From contig NC_009664.2 in the NCBI RefSeq assembly GCF_000017305.1, positions 2,370,001 through 2,402,000 of the forward strand: 32,000 nt of DNA, given 5' to 3'. The notes under the pieces were generated by a model. That model had not been told where the DNA came from. It worked only from the letters and a program-made list of their open reading frames with translations, and searched no databases. The DNA is from Kineococcus radiotolerans SRS30216 = ATCC BAA-149. GTDB taxonomy: Bacteria; Actinomycetota; Actinomycetes; Actinomycetales; Kineococcaceae. The position numbers and the translations under genes are program-made. Shown here piece by piece: positions 26,611 to 32,000 of the stretch; the first letter of the stretch is position 1, and each line of letters opens with the position of its first letter.

Positions 26611-27125
26611 TGATCGGTCTCGTCTGGGCCCAGTCGAGGAACGGCGTCATCGGCGCCGGCGGCCGGATCCCGTGGCGGGTGCCGGAGGACCTGGCCCACT
26701 TCTCCGCCCTCACCGCCGGGTCCACGGTCGTCATGGGCCGCGCCACCTGGGAGTCGCTGCCCGCGCGGTTCCGTCCCCTGCCGGGCCGGCGCAACCTGGT
26801 GCTCTCCCGCGACCCCGGGTACGCGGCCGAGGGGGCCGAGGTCGTGCACGACCTGCCGGGCGCGCTCGCCGGCGCCGGGGACGTGTGGGTGATCGGCGGG
26901 TCGGCGGTGTACCGGGCGGCGCTGGAGCACGCCGACGTCCTGGTCGTCACCGAGGTCGACCTCGTCGTCGAGGGCGACACCCGCGCCCCGGAGGTCGGCC
27001 CGGGCTGGGAGCGCGTCGAGGTCGGGGACTGGGCCACGTCGACGGGGGGCCCGCGGTTCCGGATCGGCACCTGGCGCCGGTCGGGGCGATCCCCTCGCGC
27101 GGCGGGGGAGTTCGTGGCACCGTGA
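26610..27125 (+). CDS. folA: Dihydrofolate reductase
   Basis: The ATG overlaps the thyA TGA by 1 nt. [41 protein letters not shown] and VIGGSAVY. Confidence 0.93.
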   Translation: MIGLVWAQSRNGVIGAGGRIPWRVPEDLAHFSALTAGSTVVMGRATWESLPARFRPLPGRRNLVLSRDPGYAAEGAEVVHDLPGALAGAGDVWVIGGSAVYRAALEHADVLVVTEVDLVVEGDTRAPEVGPGWERVEVGDWATSTGGPRFRIGTWRRSGRSPRAAGEFVAP

Positions 27126-27167
27126 GGCATCGAGCTCCTCGGGAGCTCCCGGCCGACGGAGGCTCGC

Positions 27168-27437
27168 GTGGCGCTCATCGTCTCGTTCGCGATGATCCTG
27201 CTGGTGGCGGCCCTGGTGGGCCGCGTCTGCTCCCGGGCCCGTCCCGGGGAGCGCCGCGCCGGCGGCGGGTCGGCCTGGCCGGGGGTCCTCGGCGGTGAGT
27301 TCGGCCGCACCGTCCACCTCCCCGACACCGGTCACCACCACGCCGGGTGGGGTCACTCCTCCTCCGACGGCGGCTGGGGCGGGGACTCCGGCGGCTCCGG
27401 CGGCGGCGACTCCGGCGGGGGCGGCGGGGGGAGCTGA
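27168..27437 (+). CDS. Small membrane-anchored protein with a His- and Gly/Ser/Asp-rich tail, unknown function
   Basis: 89 codons with GGAGG 5 nt upstream of the GTG and high GC3 throughout. One N-terminal hydrophobic helix (ALIVSFAMILLVAALVG) is followed by an Arg cluster, then TGHHHAGWGHSSSDGGWGGDSGGSGGGDSGGGGGGS. Confidence 0.55.
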   Translation: MALIVSFAMILLVAALVGRVCSRARPGERRAGGGSAWPGVLGGEFGRTVHLPDTGHHHAGWGHSSSDGGWGGDSGGSGGGDSGGGGGGS

Positions 27438-27500
27438 CCCCGTTCCCCCGGACGGGTGCCCGTCCGGAACAGCTCCGTCCCGGTGGCGGTTGCCCCGGGG

Positions 27501-28226
27501 GTGAAGGTGGAGATCTGGTCCGACGTCGTGTGCCCGTGGTGCTACATCGGCAAGCGCCGCTTCGAGAGCGCGCTGCGCGAGTTCGAGCGCTCGGTGCCGG
27601 GCGCCGACGTCGAGGTGGAGTGGAAGTCCTTCGAGCTGGACCCGACGGCGGTCTCGGTGACCACCCGCGCCGAAGGCCCCAGCGACGACCACGTCCGCCG
27701 GCTGGCGGCGAAGTTCGGCCAGGGCGTCGAGCAGGTGCGCGCGATGGTCGAGCACGTCGACGCGACGGCCGCGGCGGAGGGGCTGGAGTTCCACCAGGAC
27801 CTCTCCGTGCCCACCAACACCGTCAAGGCCCACCAGCTCCTGCACCTGGCCCGTGAGCGCGGCGTGCAGGGGGCGGTGAAGGAGCGCTTCCTGCGGGCGA
27901 ACTTCACCGAAGGCGAGGCCCTGGGCGACGACGAGACGCTGGTGCGCCTCGCCGCCGAGGCTGGGCTGGACCCGGTGGAGTCCCGCGCGGTGCTGGCCGA
28001 GGACCGCTACCTCGACGCGGTGCGCGCCGACGAGGCCGAGGCCGCGGCCCTGGGCGCGCGCGGGGTGCCGTTCTTCGTCGTCGACCGCAGGTACGGCGTC
28101 TCCGGCGCGCAGCCGGCCGAGCAGTTTTTCCAGGTCCTCGACCGCGCCTGGCGGGAGAGCCGCCCGCTGACGTTCGTCGGCGGTGAGGACGCCGATGCGT
28201 GCGGCCCGGAGGGCTGCGCGGTCTGA
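27501..28226 (+). CDS. DsbA/FrnE-like thiol:disulfide oxidoreductase
   Basis: M/VKVEIWSDVVCPWCYIGKRRF (CPWC active site) and GVPFFVVD near the C-terminus. Alternative GTG start at 27456. Confidence 0.88.
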   Translation: MKVEIWSDVVCPWCYIGKRRFESALREFERSVPGADVEVEWKSFELDPTAVSVTTRAEGPSDDHVRRLAAKFGQGVEQVRAMVEHVDATAAAEGLEFHQDLSVPTNTVKAHQLLHLARERGVQGAVKERFLRANFTEGEALGDDETLVRLAAEAGLDPVESRAVLAEDRYLDAVRADEAEAAALGARGVPFFVVDRRYGVSGAQPAEQFFQVLDRAWRESRPLTFVGGEDADACGPEGCAV

Positions 28227-28229
28227 GGC

Positions 28230-28808
28230 TCAGGCGACGTCGACGCCGAAGTCCTGCGCGATCCCGCGCAGCCCCGAGGCGTAGCCCTGCCCGACGGCGC
28301 GGAACTTCCACTCCCCGGAGTAGCGGTAGACCTCCCCGAACACCATGGCCGTCTCGGTCGAGGCGTCCTCGGAGAGGTCGTAGCGCACGACCTCGCTGCC
28401 GTCGGCGCGGTCGACCAGGCGGATGAAGGCGTTCATCACCTGCCCGAAGCTCTGGCGGCGCGCCTCGGCGTCGTGGATGGACACCGCGAAGACGACCTTC
28501 TGCACCTCCTGCGGCACGGTGTCCAGGTCGAGCTCGATGCTCTCGTCGTCGCCCTCGCCCTCGCCGGTGCGGTTGTCGCCGGTGTGGCGCACCGAGCCGT
28601 CGGGGCTGGCGAGCTGGTTGTAGAAGACGAAGTGGGCGTCGGAGAGGACCTTCCCGTTCGCGCCGAGCAGCAGGGCGCTGGCGTCGAGGTCGAAGTCGAG
28701 GCCCGTGGTGGTCCGCACGTCCCACCCGAGCCCGACGAGGGCCTCCTTGAGGTTCGGCGCCACCTTCGACAGCGAGACGTTGCCGCCCTTGGCCAGAGTC
28801 ACACTCAT
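28230..28808 (-). CDS. TerD family stress/tellurite-resistance protein
   Basis: 192 aa. LTKGGN-type start ([11 protein letters not shown]), DLDASALLL, the Ca-binding [13 protein letters not shown], and [10 protein letters not shown] at the end. Confidence 0.92.
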   Translation of the reverse strand: MSVTLAKGGNVSLSKVAPNLKEALVGLGWDVRTTTGLDFDLDASALLLGANGKVLSDAHFVFYNQLASPDGSVRHTGDNRTGEGEGDDESIELDLDTVPQEVQKVVFAVSIHDAEARRQSFGQVMNAFIRLVDRADGSEVVRYDLSEDASTETAMVFGEVYRYSGEWKFRAVGQGYASGLRGIAQDFGVDVA

Positions 28809-28817
28809 GGCGGGAAC

Positions 28818-29429
28818 CTAGTCGAGGTCCCCGGGAGCCGCCCGCAGAGCCGCCGGGGGGACCACGAGCCGCTCGACGAGCAGCTCGACGAGGACGTCGA
28901 CGGAGGGGGCGGGCAGGCCGAACAGCGCCCGGAGGTAGACCGGGGCGACGAGGTGGTCCAGCACCCGGGTCGTGCTGGGGGCGTCCTCGCCGCGGGCGAG
29001 GGCGGCGGCCACGATGGCCTCGGCCTGCTCGCTGCGCCCGGCGAGGCAGGCCGTGCCCGCCGACGCGAACCCTTCCGGGGCGCCGACGTCGGCGGGACCG
29101 GCGGCGACCGCGGCGCGCAGCAGGGCCAGTTCCTCCGGGCGGGCGGCCTCGGCGACCAGCGCGGTGGCCCAGGCGTGCAGGTCCCCGCGCAGGCTGCCGG
29201 TGTCGGGGACCGCGGCGGTGGTGCCGAACCGGGCCAGCGCGGTGTCGGTCAGCAGGTCCCGGACGCAGCCCCAGCGCCGGTACACGCTCGTGGGGTTCAC
29301 CCCCGCGCGGGCGGCGACCTGCGGGATGGTCACCGCCCCGCCCTCGGCGAGCAGGTCGAGGACGGCCTGGTGGACGGCGGCCCCCACCCGGGCGCTGCGT
29401 CCGCCGGGTCGCGTCGTCGTCGGCGTCAT
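28818..29429 (-). CDS. TetR family transcriptional regulator
   Basis: HTH segment VTIPQVAARAGVNPTSVYRRWG. Divergent from the MFS gene and 9 nt upstream of terD on the same strand. Confidence 0.85.
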   Translation of the reverse strand: MTPTTTRPGGRSARVGAAVHQAVLDLLAEGGAVTIPQVAARAGVNPTSVYRRWGCVRDLLTDTALARFGTTAAVPDTGSLRGDLHAWATALVAEAARPEELALLRAAVAAGPADVGAPEGFASAGTACLAGRSEQAEAIVAAALARGEDAPSTTRVLDHLVAPVYLRALFGLPAPSVDVLVELLVERLVVPPAALRAAPGDLD

Positions 29430-29448
29430 GACCGCACCCTAACGCAGT

Positions 29449-29468
29449 CGACGTTGCTTTAAGCGTCG
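29449..29468. promoter_or_regulatory. Imperfect palindrome CGACGttgctttaagCGTCG, the AT-richest spot of the TetR/MFS intergenic region (candidate operator/promoter)
   Basis: 5-bp perfect outer arms around GCTT-T-AAGC, read directly. It is centrally placed in the 87-bp divergent region. Confidence 0.3.
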
Positions 29469-29516
29469 GGTCCAGGTAGTTTCCCCACCACACCTCCCCG
29501 AGTTCCTGGAGTCCGC

Positions 29517-30779
29517 GTGCCCACCGCCACCCCCACCCGGACGGGCTTCCCCGTCGTCGCCCTGACGCTGGGCGCGCTCGTCGCGGCGAGCTCGGCGCCC
29601 TCCCCGGTCTTCCCCGTCTACCAGGAGCTCTGGGGGATCGGCGCGGCCGCGGTGACGGTCGTCTTCGCCGTCTACGCCGCCGCCCTGCTCGTCGCGCTGC
29701 TCACCGTCGGCGCGCTCTCCGACCACCTCGGCCGCCGCCGGGTCGTCCTCGTGGCCCTCCTCGGCGTCATCGCCTCCATGCTCGTCCTCGCCCGCGCCGA
29801 CGGCGTCGGCTGGCTGGTCGCCGGCCGGGTGCTGCAGGGCTTCTCCACCGGCACCGCCATCGGCGCCCTCGGCGCCTGGCTGCTCGACCTGGCCGGGCCC
29901 GCCCGCTCCGCCACCGCCCAGCTCGTCAACGGGGCCACCCCGCCCGTCGGCCTCATGGTCGGCGGGCTCGGCTCCGGGCTGCTCGTGCAGTTCGCCCCCG
30001 CCCCCACCGAGCTGGTCTACCTCGTGCTGGCCGGGCTGCTGGCGCTCGCCGCCGTCGGGACCGCCCTCACCCCCGACGTCGTCGAGCGGGTGCCCGGGGC
30101 GCTGGCCTCGCTCAAGCCCGTCGTGCGGCTGCCCGCGGCCTCCCGCGCCGCCTTCACCACCTACCTGCCGGGCTTCCTCGGCAGCTGGGGCCTGGGCGGG
30201 CTGTGCATGGGCCTGGGGCCCTCGGTCGTCGCGGGCGTCCTCGGGATCCACGACCACGTCGCGGGCGGGCTCGTCGTCGCCGCCGTCGCCGGCGTCGGCG
30301 CCGTGACGGGCGTCCTCACCCGCCACGTCGCCCCCGCCCGGGTGATGACCCTGGGGATGTCCACCCTCGTCGTCGGCCCGGTGCTGCTCGCCCTGGGCGT
30401 CCACGCGGTCTCGACCCCGCTGTTCTTCGCCGGGGCGCTGGTGGCCGGGATCGGCTTCGGCGCCGGCTTCCAGGGCGCGCTGCGCGGGGTGCTGGCCACC
30501 GCGCCCGCCCACGAGCGGGCGGGGGTCCTGGCCGCGGTCTACGTCGTCAGCTACCTCGTCTTCGGGGTCCCCGCGGTCGTCGCGGGCCTGCTCGCCACGC
30601 GGATCGGGCTGTCCGAGGTCGTCACCGGGTACGCCGGCCTCGTCGTGCTCGCCGGGGTCGCCGGCCTCCTCCTGGGCCGGGCCGAGCGCCGCCGCGCCGC
30701 CGCCGGGGTCCCCGCGCCGCGCAGGCCCGCGCCCGCGGGCAGCCCGCTCGAGGGTTCCGGCCCCGCCCCGCGCGGCTGA
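29517..30779 (+). CDS. MFS transporter
   Basis: 420 aa with about 12 hydrophobic segments and MFS motif A (GALSDHLGRRRV). GGAG lies 5 nt upstream of the GTG. Confidence 0.88.
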   Translation: MPTATPTRTGFPVVALTLGALVAASSAPSPVFPVYQELWGIGAAAVTVVFAVYAAALLVALLTVGALSDHLGRRRVVLVALLGVIASMLVLARADGVGWLVAGRVLQGFSTGTAIGALGAWLLDLAGPARSATAQLVNGATPPVGLMVGGLGSGLLVQFAPAPTELVYLVLAGLLALAAVGTALTPDVVERVPGALASLKPVVRLPAASRAAFTTYLPGFLGSWGLGGLCMGLGPSVVAGVLGIHDHVAGGLVVAAVAGVGAVTGVLTRHVAPARVMTLGMSTLVVGPVLLALGVHAVSTPLFFAGALVAGIGFGAGFQGALRGVLATAPAHERAGVLAAVYVVSYLVFGVPAVVAGLLATRIGLSEVVTGYAGLVVLAGVAGLLLGRAERRRAAAGVPAPRRPAPAGSPLEGSGPAPRG

Positions 30780-30839
30780 GCGCCGCTACCGTGCAGGGGT
30801 GAGATCAAGCGGACGTCCCGACCTGCCGATCACCGGCCC

Positions 30840-31088
30840 GTGAGCCTCCACGCCGGTCAGCACATCGCCTTCAGCGGCCACTTCCTCGCCCCGCGCGCCG
30901 ACCTCGCCGCCCGTGCCCGCGCCGCCGGGCTCCACGTCGACCCCGCGGTCACCGAGCGCACCGACGTCGTCGTCGCCAACGACGCCGGGTCCGGGGCGCC
31001 CGCCGTCCGGGCGGCGATCGCGCACGGCATCCCGCTGCTGGACGAGTACTCCTTCGACGACCTGCTCAGCGCCACCGCCTGCGGCTAG
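30840..31088 (+). CDS. Stand-alone BRCT domain protein
   Basis: 82 aa with high GC3. G.HIAFSG......R.DL...A.AAG..V...VT.RTDVVVA......G..AV..A...GIPLLDE..F..LL mirrors the C-terminal BRCT domain of NAD-dependent DNA ligase. Confidence 0.65.
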   Translation: MSLHAGQHIAFSGHFLAPRADLAARARAAGLHVDPAVTERTDVVVANDAGSGAPAVRAAIAHGIPLLDEYSFDDLLSATACG

Positions 31089-31176
31089 CACCTCCGCCCC
31101 CTCCCCGGGCGGCGGCCGGGCAGCGTGCCCACCCGCGTGACACGCCCGAAACACCGTGAGCATGCGTCGGACACCC

Positions 31177-31231
31177 GGAAGTGGTTCCCTTCCCCCGTCC
31201 ATCTCGCGATGAAGCACCGTGGAAGGGAACC
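31177..31231 (+). promoter_or_regulatory. SD-sequestering stem-loop in the permease leader (GGAAG / GGTTCCCTTCC / GGAAGGGAACC)
   Basis: A perfect 11-nt inverted repeat (31183-31193 vs 31221-31231, 27-nt loop). The 3' arm contains the only SD-like sequence and ends 3 nt upstream of ATG 31235. An upstream GGAAG (31177-31181) can alternatively pair with CTTCC (31189-31193). Confidence 0.45.
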
Positions 31232-31234
31232 CGC

Positions 31235-32000
31235 ATGTCCGTCGAAAAGGACACCGGACCAGGGGTCGGGGTGCAGCGCGACTTCTCGCACGAGGACGGC
31301 GGCCTGCACAAGGGCCTGAAGAACCGGCAGCTGCAGATGATCGCCATCGGCGGGGCCATCGGCACCGGCCTCTTCCTCGGGGCGGGCGGGCGGCTCGTCA
31401 CCGCCGGGCCGGGGCTGTTCATCGTCTACGGCGTCTGCGGCTTCTTCGTCTTCCTCATCCTCCGCGCCCTGGGCGAGCTCGTCCTGCACCGGCCCTCCTC
31501 GGGCTCGTTCGTCTCCTACGCCCGCGAGTTCTACGGCGAGAAGGCGGCCTTCGTCGCCGGCTGGATGTACTGGTTCAACTGGGCGATGACCGCGATCGTC
31601 GACATCACCGCGATCGCCACCTACATGCACTTCTGGGACACGTTCTCCGCCGCGCCCCAGTGGCTGCTGGCCCTCATCGCCCTCGTCGTCGTCCTCGGCC
31701 TCAACCTCGTCTCGGTCAAGATCTTCGGCGAGATGGAGTTCTGGTTCGCCCTCATCAAGGTCATCGCCCTGACGGCGTTCCTGCTCATCGGCATCGTCTT
31801 CCTCGCCGGCCGCTTCCCCGTCGAGGGGCAGCCGACCGGGCTCAGCGTCATCAGCGGCAACGGCGGCTGGTTCCCGACCGGCGCCGTCCCCCTCGTCGTC
31901 GTCGTCTCCGGCGTCGTCTTCGCCTACGCGGCCGTCGAGCTCGTCGGCACCGCCGCGGGGGAGACCGAGAACCCCGAGAAGATCATGCCGCGGGCGATCA
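31235..32000 (+). CDS. ansP: APC-family amino-acid permease, AnsP (L-asparagine permease)-like; 3' end beyond the window
   Basis: Translated by hand from ATG 31235: MSVEKDT...[30 protein letters not shown]...[45 protein letters not shown]...[11 protein letters not shown]. This is near-collinear with E. coli AnsP as I remember it. It is absent from the ORF track because it has no stop in the window. The substrate is not certain. Confidence 0.85.
   Translation, partial: MSVEKDTGPGVGVQRDFSHEDGGLHKGLKNRQLQMIAIGGAIGTGLFLGAGGRLVTAGPGLFIVYGVCGFFVFLILRALGELVLHRPSSGSFVSYAREFYGEKAAFVAGWMYWFNWAMTAIVDITAIATYMHFWDTFSAAPQWLLALIALVVVLGLNLVSVKIFGEMEFWFALIKVIALTAFLLIGIVFLAGRFPVEGQPTGLSVISGNGGWFPTGAVPLVVVVSGVVFAYAAVELVGTAAGETENPEKIMPRAI

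Noticed and set aside
28223-28233. Palindrome CTGAG-G-CTCAG containing both convergent stop codons (DsbA-like TGA, terD TCA)
   Set aside because: It follows trivially from two stop codons facing each other 3 nt apart. The stem is too short to act as a terminator.
31089-31234. Glycine riboswitch (CACCGTGGAAGGGAAC resembles the CACCGAAGGGGCAA core) or another known riboswitch upstream of the permease
   Set aside because: The 5' GGAGAG element and the rest of the glycine aptamer consensus are absent, and the match needs an insertion. No other class I know fits. It is therefore reported only as an unclassified SD-sequestering structure.
31209-31319. uORF (ATG 31209, 37 codons) overlapping the permease start
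   Set aside because: It has no SD, is out of frame with the permease, and belongs to a shadow ORF with an Arg/Thr/Ser-rich translation.
1-32000. CRISPR arrays, IS elements/transposases, prophage genes, toxin-antitoxin pairs, tRNA/rRNA genes, known defence systems
   Set aside because: I scanned all non-coding gaps (all 180 bp or shorter) and all ORFs with plausible protein-like composition. Nothing matched these categories.

Overview
Very GC-rich, actinobacterial-type chromosome segment (about 70-75% GC by eye, with nearly every third codon position G or C). It is densely packed. I call 32 CDS, and the largest non-coding gap is about 180 bp. I found no rRNA, tRNA, CRISPR array, IS element or long repeat. 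The six-frame track is dominated by long Arg/Pro/Gly/Ala-rich shadow ORFs. In each region I chose the real frame from recognisable protein-family motifs, from GC3 (it drops in non-coding 5' extensions), and from start context (SD-like GGAGG/GAGGAG or 4-nt GTGA stop/start overlaps). Start codons are the least certain part of every call. Left to right: a PAS-GGDEF-EAL protein; a small catalase-like protein divergent from a full-length spore-photoproduct-lyase-family radical SAM enzyme; two TetR regulators, each paired divergently with a detoxification-type gene (quinone oxidoreductase, glyoxalase/VOC); a Tat-signal acetamidase/formamidase; an IclR regulator divergent from a hutH-hutU-hutF-hutI operon; a methyl-accepting chemotaxis protein; an eight-gene glycosylation island (FkbM methyltransferase, six glycosyltransferases, a WcbI-like protein); HAD-IIB phosphatase-thyA-folA-small membrane protein; a DsbA/FrnE-like oxidoreductase; TerD; TetR divergent from an MFS transporter; a stand-alone BRCT protein; and the 5' part of an AnsP-like amino-acid permease. 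The best candidate for undescribed biology is the glycosylation island at 16.6-24.8 kb. It is bounded by housekeeping genes yet has no priming transferase, sugar-activation gene or exporter. Smaller leads are a three-element SD-sequestering leader upstream of the permease, an SPL-family lyase in an apparently non-sporulating lineage, a hut operon without a linked final-step enzyme but with a palindrome in the iclR/hutH region, and a His/Gly-rich micro-membrane protein downstream of folA. All homology statements come from motif recognition by eye and from memory of the families. No database search was possible.
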